From: an uncultured Clostridium sp.
GTDB lineage: Bacteria; Bacillota; Clostridia; TANB77; CAG-508
Direction: 5' to 3'
Length of the DNA stretch: 64,000 nt
Assembly (NCBI GenBank): GCA_947388675.1
Contig: CANDRW010000004.1
Location: 1,671-65,670 of the forward strand
Part shown: piece after piece, positions 46,972-57,462 of the stretch
Layout of the letters: each line of letters opens with the position of its first letter
How positions within the stretch are numbered: position 1 is the stretch's first letter
Notes under the pieces: model-generated
Told to the model about the DNA's origin: nothing
Databases searched by the model: none
Seen by the model: the letters and a program-made list of their open reading frames with translations, nothing else
Program-made: the position numbers and the translations under genes

Positions 46972-49900
46972 ATGTCAAATTTTGTACACTTGCACATCCA
47001 TAGTGAGTTTAGCTTACTAGATGGAGCAAATAGAATAAAAGACTTACCAGTAAGAGCAAAAGAATTAGGAATGGATGCTATGGCAATTACAGACCATGGT
47101 GCTATGTTTGGTGCTATTGATTTTTATAAAGCATGTAAAGCCAATGGAGTAAAACCAATTATTGGTTGTGAGGTTTATGTGGCACCACGTTCTAGAACAG
47201 ATAAAGACCCTAATTTGGACGCTAGATACAGTCACTTAATTTTATTGGCTAAAAACAATGAAGGGTATAAAAACTTAGCGAAATTAGTATCTTTAGGTTA
47301 TACAGAAGGTTTTTATTATAAACCTCGTATTGACCATGAAGTTTTAGAACAATATCATGAAGGGCTTGTTTGTTGTAGTGCTTGTTTAGCAGGTGAAGTC
47401 AATCAAGCGATTTTGGCAAATGACATGGAAAAGGCAAAAGAGGTAGCTTTATGGCATAAGTCTATTTTTGGAGAGGACTACTATTTAGAAATTCAACATA
47501 ATGGAATTAATGAGCAAGTTTTAGCAAATCAGAAGTTAATTCAACTTTCTAGAGAATTAGACATTCCACTAGTTGCAACTAATGATGCTCACTACCTAAA
47601 GAGAGAAGATGCATATAACCATGAAGTGTTGCTTTGTATTCAAACTGGAAAGCGTATGACAGATGAAGATAGAATGAAGTTTGACACAGATGAACTCTAT
47701 GTGAAGTCACCAGAAGAGATGAGTGCATTTTTCAGTAATGTACCAGATGCCATAGAAAATACAGTAAAAATTGCAGAAAAGTGTAATGTGGAGTTTGAAT
47801 TTGGTCATACGATTTTACCAAATTATGATGTACCAGAGGAATTTAAAACTCACTATGATTACTTAGAAAAGTTAACATTGGATGGTATGCAAGAGCGTTA
47901 TGGTGATAACATTACAGAAGAAATGCAAGAGAGAATGAAGTTTGAACTAGGTGTTATTAACAAAATGGGATATGTGGATTACTTCTTAATTGTATGGGAT
48001 TATATCCATTATGCCAAAACACATGATATTCCAGTAGGGCCTGGTCGTGGTAGTGGTGCGGGTTCTATTGTTGCGTATGCGATTGGGATTACAGATATTG
48101 ACCCCATTGCCTATGGACTTCTTTTTGAGCGTTTCTTAAACCCTGAAAGAATTAGTATGCCTGATTTTGACGTTGACTTTTGTTATGAAAAAAGAGACAA
48201 GGTAATTGAATATGTAGAGCAAAAATATGGGAAAGACCATGTTTCTCAGATTATTACATTTGGAACCATGTCAGCTAGAATGGTAATTCGTGATGTGGCA
48301 AGAGTACTAGATTTGCCATATGCAGAAGCGGATAAATTAGCGAAAATGATACCAAACGAATTACATATTACGATTGATAAAGCATTAGAAAAGAATAGAG
48401 AACTAAAAGATTTATATGAATCAGATGAATCGATGAAGAAATTATTGGATATTGCAATGGCGTTAGAGGGAATGCCAAGACAGGCTTCTACTCATGCTTG
48501 TGGTGTAATTATTGCAAGAGAGCCAGTTGTGAACTATGTTCCATTGTATGCTAGAGATGGCATTGTTTCCACACAATATATTATGACTACATTAGAAGAA
48601 TTAGGACTTCTAAAGATGGACTTTTTGGGGTTACGTACGTTAACAGTTATTCAAGATACGATTGATTTAGTCAAGAAAAATCAAGGAATTGATGTGAAAT
48701 TTGACGAAAAAATGAATGACCCTAAAGTGTATAAGTTATGGCAAAATGGAGAGTCTGTAGGAATATTCCAGTTTGAAAGTCAAGGGATGACAAACTTTAT
48801 GAAGGAACTAAAGCCAGACTGTTTGGAAGATATTATCGCTGGTGTATCGTTGTATCGTCCAGGACCAATGGACCAAATTCCAAGATATATTGCCAACAAA
48901 AAGGATCCAGAACATGCAGTATATACTCACCCATCTTTAAAGCCGATTCTAGAAGTTACTTATGGTTGTATGGTTTATCAAGAGCAAGTTATGCAAATTG
49001 TAAGGGATTTGGCAGGATATTCACTTGGTAGAGCGGATTTAGTAAGAAGAGCCATGGGGAAGAAAAAGCTAGAGGTTATGGCAAAAGAAAGGGAAATCTT
49101 TATCCATGGACAAGTAGACGAAAATGGAAATGTTGTTGTTCCAGGGTGTGTTAGAAATGGTATTGATGAGCGATCAGCAGATAAAATCTTTGATGAGATG
49201 GCTGAGTTTGCAAAATATGCTTTCAACAAGTCACATGCAGCAGCTTATGCAGTAGTATCCTACAGAACAGCATACCTAAAAGCATATTACCCAGCAGAAT
49301 TTATGGCGGCAATGCTGAATAGCTTTTTAGGTAACCAAGATAAAATTCCAGGATATGTGGAAGAGTGCAAAAGATTAGCTATTGAAATATTAAAACCAGA
49401 TATTAATAAAAGTGATACCAAATTTACAGTAGATAAAAATCAAATTCGTTTTGGTATGGGAAGTATCAAGAATGTGGGAACTGATGCTGTAGATAATATT
49501 GTGTCAGAGCGAGAAAAAAATGGAGATTACAAGGATTTTAGTGATTTTTGTGAAAGAATTAAGGACTTAGGAGTTAATAAAAAGTGTGTGGAAAGTTTGA
49601 TAAAATCTGGAAGTTTTGATAATTTAGGACAGACTAGAAAAACACTGATTGCATCTTTTGAAAAAATTATAGATATGATTTCTGATAGTGGAAAGAAGAG
49701 TTTTGACGGGCAAGTTTCTATGTTTGATTTAGGTGGAAGCAAAGAAGTAGAAGAAATGAAATATACTTACACAACACTTCCAGAATATGAACCAAAAGAT
49801 TTACTATCTATGGAAAAAGAAATGCTAGGTTTATATATTTCAGGTCATCCACTTGAAAATATGAGAGAACAAATTGAAGCAAAGACCAATATTAATACCT

Positions 49901-50484
49901 TTCAATTAAGGCAAATTAGTAGCGAAAATGAAATGAGCTTAGAAGAACAAGGAGAATTCAAAAGAGAGCAAACCTATGAAGAACATCAAACAGAATTTAA
50001 AGATGGACAAAATGTTACTTATGCTGGGATCATAACAAGTGTAAAAAAGAAATATACAAAGAACAATAAACTAATGGCATTTGTTACCATTGAAGATTTA
50101 TATGGTCCAACAGAATTTATTGTATTTGATAGTTGCTATCAAGCATGTAGCAGTGTACTAATAGAAGAAAATATTGTTATTGTAGAAGGAAGATTAAGTA
50201 TACGTGAAGATGAAGAGCCTAAGATTGTAGCAAAAACCATTACTCCTTTTACAGAAAATAAAGCGAAAGTATTTGAAATAGATATTACAGAATTAAATGA
50301 AGAGATGAGAAACAAATTAAAGGGAGCAATTTACTTCTTCCAAGGAGATAAGAATAATATTCAGTTACAAATTGTAAATGGAGAAAAGGTAGATAAAGCT
50401 GGTGGCATTTATATGACACCAGAGATTTTGAAACAATTTGAAGAACTAGTGGGAGAAGAAAAGGCGCAAATCAAGGAAGTTTAA
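46972..50484 (+). CDS. dnaE: DNA polymerase III alpha subunit (DnaE type)
   Basis: PHP domain HLHIHSEFSLLDG, PDFDVDF, FNKSHAAAYA; 1170 aa. Confidence 0.95.
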   Translation: MSNFVHLHIHSEFSLLDGANRIKDLPVRAKELGMDAMAITDHGAMFGAIDFYKACKANGVKPIIGCEVYVAPRSRTDKDPNLDARYSHLILLAKNNEGYKNLAKLVSLGYTEGFYYKPRIDHEVLEQYHEGLVCCSACLAGEVNQAILANDMEKAKEVALWHKSIFGEDYYLEIQHNGINEQVLANQKLIQLSRELDIPLVATNDAHYLKREDAYNHEVLLCIQTGKRMTDEDRMKFDTDELYVKSPEEMSAFFSNVPDAIENTVKIAEKCNVEFEFGHTILPNYDVPEEFKTHYDYLEKLTLDGMQERYGDNITEEMQERMKFELGVINKMGYVDYFLIVWDYIHYAKTHDIPVGPGRGSGAGSIVAYAIGITDIDPIAYGLLFERFLNPERISMPDFDVDFCYEKRDKVIEYVEQKYGKDHVSQIITFGTMSARMVIRDVARVLDLPYAEADKLAKMIPNELHITIDKALEKNRELKDLYESDESMKKLLDIAMALEGMPRQASTHACGVIIAREPVVNYVPLYARDGIVSTQYIMTTLEELGLLKMDFLGLRTLTVIQDTIDLVKKNQGIDVKFDEKMNDPKVYKLWQNGESVGIFQFESQGMTNFMKELKPDCLEDIIAGVSLYRPGPMDQIPRYIANKKDPEHAVYTHPSLKPILEVTYGCMVYQEQVMQIVRDLAGYSLGRADLVRRAMGKKKLEVMAKEREIFIHGQVDENGNVVVPGCVRNGIDERSADKIFDEMAEFAKYAFNKSHAAAYAVVSYRTAYLKAYYPAEFMAAMLNSFLGNQDKIPGYVEECKRLAIEILKPDINKSDTKFTVDKNQIRFGMGSIKNVGTDAVDNIVSEREKNGDYKDFSDFCERIKDLGVNKKCVESLIKSGSFDNLGQTRKTLIASFEKIIDMISDSGKKSFDGQVSMFDLGGSKEVEEMKYTYTTLPEYEPKDLLSMEKEMLGLYISGHPLENMREQIEAKTNINTFQLRQISSENEMSLEEQGEFKREQTYEEHQTEFKDGQNVTYAGIITSVKKKYTKNNKLMAFVTIEDLYGPTEFIVFDSCYQACSSVLIEENIVIVEGRLSIREDEEPKIVAKTITPFTENKAKVFEIDITELNEEMRNKLKGAIYFFQGDKNNIQLQIVNGEKVDKAGGIYMTPEILKQFEELVGEEKAQIKEV

Positions 50485-50496
50485 TATTTTAAATAA

Positions 50497-50637
50497 TTTT
50501 AATATATCTATAATATCGTTCGAACTTGCTGGTCGCAACCTTCCTATTTCAAAAAGGATGGTTGCTCCAATCGTCCTACGCTTACGCTTCGGTTGGTCGC
50601 TGCGCGTTCTTCACTTTCTATTATAGATATATTAAAA
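50497..50637. repeat. long-hairpin intergenic element, family 2, copy C
   Basis: Perfect 19-bp outer stem TTTTAATATATCTATAATA / TATTATAGATATATTAAAA; core GGTCGCAACC..GGTTGCTCCAATCGTCCTACGCTT..CGGTTGGTCGCTGCGCG..TTCACTTT. Confidence 0.8.
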
Positions 50638-50676
50638 CTAAAAGCAAAAAATAAATAACAAAGGGAGGCGAAAAAT

Positions 50677-50889
50677 ATGGAAAATAAGATTGTGTATTTA
50701 AAAACATATATTATTACAATTTGCTTACTAGTATTGCTATTTTTAGTTGGGATAGGTGGTTGTGTATATTACTATGAAAATAGAATAGCAGAACTTGAAA
50801 ATGGCATTGATGCTAACCAGAGCCAAAACAGTGGGATTAGTATTGTTCCAGAGGGTGATACTGATGTTAATAATGTAACAGCTGAATAA
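50677..50889 (+). CDS. small membrane protein (hypothetical)
   Basis: GGGAGG RBS and one TM helix. Confidence 0.4.
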   Translation: MENKIVYLKTYIITICLLVLLFLVGIGGCVYYYENRIAELENGIDANQSQNSGISIVPEGDTDVNNVTAE

Positions 50890-50994
50890 ATTTTAAGATT
50901 AGTCCTAGCAACTTGGCAGTAGACATAAATCATGATAAAATCTAGGCGGAAAGGGGAGTTATTATGAGATATAAAAAAACAAATTGTATCAATT

Positions 50995-52482
50995 ATGACA
51001 TTAATAGTTTTACTAATACTAATGATGAGTACAGCAATTCAAGCAGTAAGCTTAGTAGGCAATATTAGTGATTTTAAGGCTAGCATGAATGGTAGTCAGA
51101 TGAAACTTACTTGGTCTTCTGTTTCAAATAGTGCTGGATATAATGTATATGTAAATGGAACAAAGATTGGTTCTGTTTATTCAAATGAAGCAAGTTTAAT
51201 TGGATTTTCAGAAAATACAACTTATCGTTTAAGAGTAACTGCATATGATAATGCTAAAGTGGAAATGGCGACTTCAAATGAAATTAATTTTACGACAACC
51301 ACAAATCAAACAAATTTAAGCCAAGTAAAAGATTTAACTGTAACACAAGCAAATGGATATGTTACATTAAATTGGTCAAAAGTGAACAATGCAGATAAAT
51401 ATCAAGTATTTGTAGATGTTCCAGGATTTGGCAATATGAACATTGGTGAAGTAACCACTACTAATGCAATGCTACAAGGTTTCTCAAATGGTATGAGATA
51501 TGGATTTAGCATAAGAGCATGCAAAACCTTGAATGTTGATAATGTGAGTTATGGTGAAAAATCAGTAGCTAAGTATATTACAATAGATGTTAATAAAGAT
51601 GATACCAATAATGATAATAACAATAACCTAACAAGACCAGACAGAGTAACTAATGTAACAACATACGATATAACAGAGACTACTGCAACTGTGACATGGA
51701 AAGAAGTAAGCAATATAGATGGCTATGAGGTATTAGTATCTAAAAATTATGGAAGCTATCAAACTGTTATTGACAAAACTGGAAATAGAACAGTTCTATC
51801 TAACTTAACTCCAAATAGTTATTATAGAGTAAAAGTTGTTGCTTATAAATGGGTAAACAACAAAAAAGTATATGGAGATGAATCTTCTTATTCTTCTTTT
51901 ACAACTAAAGAAGAAAAAATTACTGTTGGAAATGTTGGAACTATTTATATGGATAGTTTGACAAAAAATAGTGCAAAAATTAGTTGGACAGCAGTTAACG
52001 GCGCTACAGGATACAATATCTATTTTGCACAAGGAAATGGAAGATATCAATACAAAGGTTCTACTACAAATAGAAGTTATGCTTTTAGTAACTTACAAGC
52101 AAATACTTCTTACAAAGTAAAAATTGAGGCATATAAAATAGTGAATGGAAAAGAATATACTAGCCAAACAGCAACTGTGAAAAGTTTTACAACAGAAAAT
52201 AATACAGCTATTAGCAAAGTAACAGGACTAAAAGCTACTGTAAAAGGTACAACAGTATCTTTAAGTTGGAGTAAAATTAGTGGTGTAGCAGGATATGAAA
52301 TTGATTTTACAGTACCAGGTGTTGGCCATATATCATTATATGCTAATAGCAATGGTAGAAAGGTTTCTGGAATTACAGTTAAAGATTATGACTATACTGC
52401 AAGAGTTAGAGCATATAAATATGTTAATGGTGTGAAAACATATGGACCTTATTCAGATATAGTAAAATTTAGAGAAAAATAA
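50995..52482 (+). CDS. secreted protein with five fibronectin type III-like repeats
   Basis: Five repeats of the pattern ..L.WS.V..A.GY.V... Y..RV.AYK; the real start is probably ATG 50964 if the A7 tract is read as A6. Confidence 0.75.
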   Translation: MTLIVLLILMMSTAIQAVSLVGNISDFKASMNGSQMKLTWSSVSNSAGYNVYVNGTKIGSVYSNEASLIGFSENTTYRLRVTAYDNAKVEMATSNEINFTTTTNQTNLSQVKDLTVTQANGYVTLNWSKVNNADKYQVFVDVPGFGNMNIGEVTTTNAMLQGFSNGMRYGFSIRACKTLNVDNVSYGEKSVAKYITIDVNKDDTNNDNNNNLTRPDRVTNVTTYDITETTATVTWKEVSNIDGYEVLVSKNYGSYQTVIDKTGNRTVLSNLTPNSYYRVKVVAYKWVNNKKVYGDESSYSSFTTKEEKITVGNVGTIYMDSLTKNSAKISWTAVNGATGYNIYFAQGNGRYQYKGSTTNRSYAFSNLQANTSYKVKIEAYKIVNGKEYTSQTATVKSFTTENNTAISKVTGLKATVKGTTVSLSWSKISGVAGYEIDFTVPGVGHISLYANSNGRKVSGITVKDYDYTARVRAYKYVNGVKTYGPYSDIVKFREK

Positions 52483-52606
52483 TCAAAAAAGGGGAGAACT
52501 AAGCGTTCTCCTTTTTTTAAGCAAAATTTCACAATAATCTTTAGGAAAAGAATTGAAAAAAGGAAAAAAATGGAATATACTATTACATAAGAAAATGGAG
52601 GTAATA

Positions 52607-53305
52607 ATGGCATATATTGAATTTAAAAATGTAGTAAAAGCTTATCAAATGGGAGAAATTTTTATACAAGCATTAGATAATACTAATTTTGAAATAGAAA
52701 AAGGAGAACTAACGGTTATTGTTGGACCAAGTGGTGCAGGAAAAACAACAGCACTTAACATTTTGGGTGGAATGGATACTGCAACACGAGGTAAAGTTAT
52801 TATTGATGGCAAAGAAATCAGTTCCCTTAAAGAAAAAGAATTAATTAAATATCGTAGAGAAGATATAGGGTTTGTTTTTCAATTTTATAACTTAGTACAA
52901 AACTTAACAGCATTAGAAAATGTAGAACTTGCTACGCAAATTTGTAAAAATCCATTAGAACCCAAAGCTATTCTAAAAAAAGTAGGACTAGAAGAAAGAA
53001 TGAATAATTTTCCTTCGCAGTTGTCAGGAGGAGAACAACAAAGGGTAGCTATAGCGAGAGCCATTGCCAAAAATCCAAAGCTATTATTATGTGATGAGCC
53101 GACAGGAGCATTAGATTACAAAACAGGAAAACAAATTTTGCAGTTGTTACAAGATACTTGCCGAAAAGAAGGAATGACTGTTGTCGTTATTACCCATAAC
53201 CAAGCACTAACACCAATGGCAGATAGAGTGATTCATTTTAAAAATGGAACTGCTTATGATATTCAAAAAAATGGACATCCAACACCGATAGAAAATATAG
53301 AATAG
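52607..53305 (+). CDS. ABC transporter ATP-binding protein (MacB/FtsE-like)
   Basis: Walker [24 protein letters not shown], Walker [13 protein letters not shown]; GGAGG RBS before ATG 52607. Confidence 0.88.
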   Translation: MAYIEFKNVVKAYQMGEIFIQALDNTNFEIEKGELTVIVGPSGAGKTTALNILGGMDTATRGKVIIDGKEISSLKEKELIKYRREDIGFVFQFYNLVQNLTALENVELATQICKNPLEPKAILKKVGLEERMNNFPSQLSGGEQQRVAIARAIAKNPKLLLCDEPTGALDYKTGKQILQLLQDTCRKEGMTVVVITHNQALTPMADRVIHFKNGTAYDIQKNGHPTPIENIE

Positions 53306-53308
53306 TAA

Positions 53309-56300
53309 ATGCATAGAAAAGAGAATAGAAAAATGAAAAAAGCTTTAATGAAAGATACTGTAAAAGAAATAATGAATACTTTTAAACGATTTATATCTTT
53401 GTTATTAATCGTTTTATTAGGTGTGGGATTTTTTGCAGGAATTCGAGTAACAAGCCCAGATATGAGGAATACGTTAGATAAAACTTTTGATGAATATGAG
53501 GCGATGGATATTCAAGTATTATCAACATTAGGAATTACTGGAAAAGATATAGAGGAATTACAGAAACTAGAAGGAATTGAAAAGGTAGAAGATAGTTACT
53601 CCGTAGATGCTGTTGTGAATATAGATGAAACAGAAGAAGTTGTAAAGCTAATAGCATTATCTGAAGATATTAATAAAGTGAAATTAGTAGAAGGAAGGTT
53701 ACCAGAAACCAACAAAGAATGTGTAGTAGAGCCTAGATTTCTTGCAGGTACTAAGCAACAAATAGGAGATAAGATTACTATTGAAGTAGAAGATGTTCAA
53801 AATGAAGATGGCAAAGAACAACCACTTCTTAAAGAAAAAGAAGTTACAATTGTAGGAATTGTGCATTCTCCATTATATATTTCAAGTGACAGAGGAACTA
53901 CAAAGTTAGGTTCTGGAAAAATTAGCTACTATATGTACACTCCACTTGAGAACTTTGATACAGAGATAAGAACAGTGGCATATATCAAGGTTGATGGAGC
54001 AAAAGAATTAAAAACATATTCTTCAAAATATGAAAATAAAGTAGAAGAAGTAAAGCAAAGAATAGAAGATATTTCAGAAGAAAGAAGGCAAGCAAGATAC
54101 AAGGAAATTTATGATGAAGCAAATAGCAAAATACAATCTACACAAAAAGAATTAGATACGCAAAAATCGAAAGCCGAAAAAGAAATTCAAAATGCTAGAC
54201 AAAAAATAGAAAATGCAAAACAGCAAGTAAGAAATGGAAAGGCAGAATTAGAAAGCAAAAAGACAACGACAAATGCACAATTGGCACAAGGAAAAGCAGA
54301 ATTAGACAAAGCAGAACAAGAACTACAGGAAAAAGAAACTCTATTTGAAACAGAAAAGAAAAAGCTATTAGCAACGCTAGAATTTGTAAGCCCAGAACAA
54401 AAGGAACAAATTGAAAAACAATTGGCAGAGCAAGAGCAATTATTAAAACAAGCAAGGACAACATTAAATAGTCAAAAGCAACAATATGAGGCAAATAAGA
54501 AGAACGCAGAGCAAGAGTTTGCGAAAGCACAAAGAGAATTAACAATAGCAGAAAGTGAAATTCAAACAAATGAAACGAAATTACAAACAGAGCAGAAAAA
54601 TGCTGATAAAAAAATAAAAGAAGCACAAGAAGAATTAGAAGATGCCAAAATGAAATTGGCAGATATTCAAAAGCCAGAATGGTATATTTTAGATAGAAAT
54701 CAAAATGTAGGATATGTTAGCTATTTACAAGATGCAGATAGAATTGATAATATTGCAAAAGTATTCCCAGTTGTATTCTTTGTGGTAGCAGCACTGATTA
54801 GTTTGACTTCTATGACTAGAATGGTAGAAGAACAAAGGGTACAAATTGGGACATTAAAAGGACTAGGTTATAGCAAGAGACAAATTGCTAGTAAATATTT
54901 GATTTATGCTAGTTTAGCAACTGTAATAGGATGTATTTTAGGAGTAAGTATTGGCTTTTATATGATACCAAAAATTATTTGCAACATGTATAGAATGATG
55001 TATACAATAGGAGAACCAGTGATAGAATTTGATGTAGGACTCACTCTAGCAGGACTTCTAGCAGCATCAGTTTGTACAGTAGGAGCAACTATTTATTCCT
55101 GTATGAAAGCATTAGCAACTACTCCAGCTACTTTAATGAGACCAAAAGCACCAAAACCAGGAAAACGAGTATTACTAGAAAAGATACCATTTATTTGGAA
55201 ACACTTAAATTTTACTCAAAAAGTAACTCTAAGAAATATATTCCGCTATAAGAAAAGATTTTTAATGACAATTATTGGTGTAGCAGGATGTACAGCACTC
55301 ATTGTGGCAGGTTTTGGATTAAGAGATGCAATTGGTAGTATGATACCTGTTCAATATGGTGATATTTTTAAACATCAAATAGAAATTACATTAAAAGATA
55401 ATTTGAAGCAAAAAGAGAGTAAAAAGGCTTATGAGAAAATAACTAAAAATCAAGAAATTCAAAATACAATCAGGCTAAATAAGCAATCAGTAGAGATTGT
55501 AAAAGATGATAATAACCAAAGCATTCAATTAATTGTACCAGAAAGGGTAGAGAACTTACAAGAATTTATTGAATTACGTAATCGAAAACAAAAAGAACAG
55601 ACATATACTTTAGATGAACAAGGTGTTATCATTACGGAGAAATTAGCAAAGTTATTGGAAATTAGTAAAGGTGATGAAATTACAATTAAGAATATGGATA
55701 AAGTAGAAGTAAAAGCCAAAGTAGTAGAGATTACTGAGAACTATCTGTTGCATTATATCTATATGTCACCAAAGCTATATCAAGAGTTGTATCAAGAAGA
55801 AGCAAAATTCAATACAATTTTTGCCGATACAGAGGAATTAACAGAGGAACAAGAAAATGCTTTAGGAAAAGCAATTTTAGAGGATAAAGATAGTATTTCC
55901 AGTGTGGAATTTAATTCTATAGCAACCAACATTTTTTCAGAGGTAATGGATAATATGGCTTTAGTGGTATGGGTTTTAATTATAGCAGCAGGGTTGCTTG
56001 CTTTAGTAGTATTATATAACTTATCCAACACGAATATTAGTGAAAGAATACGAGAACTTGCTACCATTAAAGTATTAGGTTTTTACGACCCAGAGGTATA
56101 TGAATACGTAGGAAAAGAAACTCTTTTATTAACGTTAATAGGAATTTTAGTAGGGCTATTAGGCGGAAATTTCTTGACTACTTTTATTATAAAAACCTGT
56201 GAATTAGATGCTTTTATGTTTAATCCGCAAATTAAAATAGCAAGCTATATCTACGGAATTGTAATTACTTTGCTTTTTGCAGCTGTTGTTAATATTATTA

Positions 56301-56356
56301 CTTATTTTGCACTCAAAAAGATTGATATGATAGAGTCGTTGAAAAGTGTAGAATAA
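53309..56356 (+). CDS. FtsX/MacB-family ABC permease with two FtsX modules and a long coiled-coil insert
   Basis: TM1, then an extracytoplasmic domain with about 200 aa of Q/K/E-rich coiled coil, then two 4-TM FtsX-type blocks; alternative start at 53333. Confidence 0.8.
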   Translation: MHRKENRKMKKALMKDTVKEIMNTFKRFISLLLIVLLGVGFFAGIRVTSPDMRNTLDKTFDEYEAMDIQVLSTLGITGKDIEELQKLEGIEKVEDSYSVDAVVNIDETEEVVKLIALSEDINKVKLVEGRLPETNKECVVEPRFLAGTKQQIGDKITIEVEDVQNEDGKEQPLLKEKEVTIVGIVHSPLYISSDRGTTKLGSGKISYYMYTPLENFDTEIRTVAYIKVDGAKELKTYSSKYENKVEEVKQRIEDISEERRQARYKEIYDEANSKIQSTQKELDTQKSKAEKEIQNARQKIENAKQQVRNGKAELESKKTTTNAQLAQGKAELDKAEQELQEKETLFETEKKKLLATLEFVSPEQKEQIEKQLAEQEQLLKQARTTLNSQKQQYEANKKNAEQEFAKAQRELTIAESEIQTNETKLQTEQKNADKKIKEAQEELEDAKMKLADIQKPEWYILDRNQNVGYVSYLQDADRIDNIAKVFPVVFFVVAALISLTSMTRMVEEQRVQIGTLKGLGYSKRQIASKYLIYASLATVIGCILGVSIGFYMIPKIICNMYRMMYTIGEPVIEFDVGLTLAGLLAASVCTVGATIYSCMKALATTPATLMRPKAPKPGKRVLLEKIPFIWKHLNFTQKVTLRNIFRYKKRFLMTIIGVAGCTALIVAGFGLRDAIGSMIPVQYGDIFKHQIEITLKDNLKQKESKKAYEKITKNQEIQNTIRLNKQSVEIVKDDNNQSIQLIVPERVENLQEFIELRNRKQKEQTYTLDEQGVIITEKLAKLLEISKGDEITIKNMDKVEVKAKVVEITENYLLHYIYMSPKLYQELYQEEAKFNTIFADTEELTEEQENALGKAILEDKDSISSVEFNSIATNIFSEVMDNMALVVWVLIIAAGLLALVVLYNLSNTNISERIRELATIKVLGFYDPEVYEYVGKETLLLTLIGILVGLLGGNFLTTFIIKTCELDAFMFNPQIKIASYIYGIVITLLFAAVVNIITYFALKKIDMIESLKSVE

Positions 56357-56363
56357 GGAGTGA

Positions 56364-56478
56364 AGCTATAATAGTGTTGATTTTCTTGTTTTTCAAATGC
56401 CCAAGGTAGTCGGCATGCGCAAAGAAGTAAGTCAACTTGGTACCTTTCAAAACTGCAAAAATGAATACTATTATAGCT
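56364..56478. repeat. long-hairpin intergenic element, family 3, copy b
   Basis: Outer stem AGCTATAATAGT / ACTATTATAGCT; core shared with 18118-18238. Confidence 0.75.
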
Positions 56479-56503
56479 AAAAAGAGAAAAAAACATAAAA
56501 TTC

Positions 56504-56533
56504 TTGACAACAACAATGAAAATGTAGTATAAT
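56504..56533 (+). promoter_or_regulatory. promoter of rplU-rpmA
   Basis: TTGACA, 18 nt, TATAAT; followed by a structured leader of about 100 nt. Confidence 0.5.
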
Positions 56534-56640
56534 AGCCGAGTGTAAGCCGCCTGAGTCGGGCAACTAAATATTACTTTAAATAAGTAATTGCCTTGTTATT
56601 TATGCTTAGCGAGTATACAAATATAGGAGGTGTACGGAAC

Positions 56641-57048
56641 ATGTACGCAATTATTGAAAGCTGTGGAAGACAATACAAAGTAACAGAAGGAGATGTAGTA
56701 TTCTTTGAAAAACTAGAAGTAGAAGAAGGGAAAAAAGTAACATTTGATAATGTTGTTTTAGTATCTGACGACAAAAAAGTAGAAGTTGGAGCTCCTTATG
56801 TAAAAGGTGTTAAAGTTGAAGGAAAAGTAGTTTCTCATGGTAAAGCTAAAAAAATTCTAGTGTACAAATATAAGGCTAAAAAGAATTATAGAAGAACACA
56901 AGGACATAGACAACCATATACAAAAGTAGAAATTACAAATATAAAAACAGCTAGTGCAAAAGCAGAAGATAAAGCAGCAACAGAAACAAAAACAGCATCT
57001 GCAAAGCCAGCTACTAAAAAAGCTGATACAGCTAAAAAAGAAGCATAG
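56641..57048 (+). CDS. rplU: 50S ribosomal protein L21 with A/K/T-rich C-terminal tail
   Basis: [14 protein letters not shown]..; AGGAGG RBS before ATG 56641. Confidence 0.9.
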   Translation: MYAIIESCGRQYKVTEGDVVFFEKLEVEEGKKVTFDNVVLVSDDKKVEVGAPYVKGVKVEGKVVSHGKAKKILVYKYKAKKNYRRTQGHRQPYTKVEITNIKTASAKAEDKAATETKTASAKPATKKADTAKKEA

Positions 57049-57126
57049 TTATATAAAAGAAGTAAATAGTAAAATTTAGGTAGAGATACCCTTAAAATAA
57101 AGAAATCGAAGGGAGTGAGATAAAGC

Positions 57127-57402
57127 ATGGCGCATAAAAAAGGTCAAGGTAGTGTTAAGAACGGAAGAGATAGTGAATCAAAACGTTTAGGTCTTAAAAG
57201 AGCAGATGGGCAAGTGGTTCCAGCTGGAAATATCTTAGTAAGACAAAGAGGAACTAAAATTCATCCAGGTACTAATGTAGGTATTGGAAGTGATGATACT
57301 TTATTTGCTAAAGTAACTGGAAAGGTAAAATTTGAAAGACTTGGCAGAGACAAGAAAAAAGTTAGTGTTTATCCAGTAGAAGAGGGAAGCACAGCAAAAT
57401 AG
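57127..57402 (+). CDS. rpmA: 50S ribosomal protein L27 (no N-terminal propeptide)
   Basis: [22 protein letters not shown].. Confidence 0.93.
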   Translation: MAHKKGQGSVKNGRDSESKRLGLKRADGQVVPAGNILVRQRGTKIHPGTNVGIGSDDTLFAKVTGKVKFERLGRDKKKVSVYPVEEGSTAK

Positions 57403-57412
57403 TAAGTAAGAA

Positions 57413-57446
57413 TAAAAAAAGGCACCCCATTTGGGGATGCCTTTTT
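57413..57446. terminator. bidirectional terminator
   Basis: A-run, GGCACCCC / GGGGATGCC stem, T-run. Confidence 0.7.
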
Positions 57447-57462
57447 AGAATGGATAAAACGC

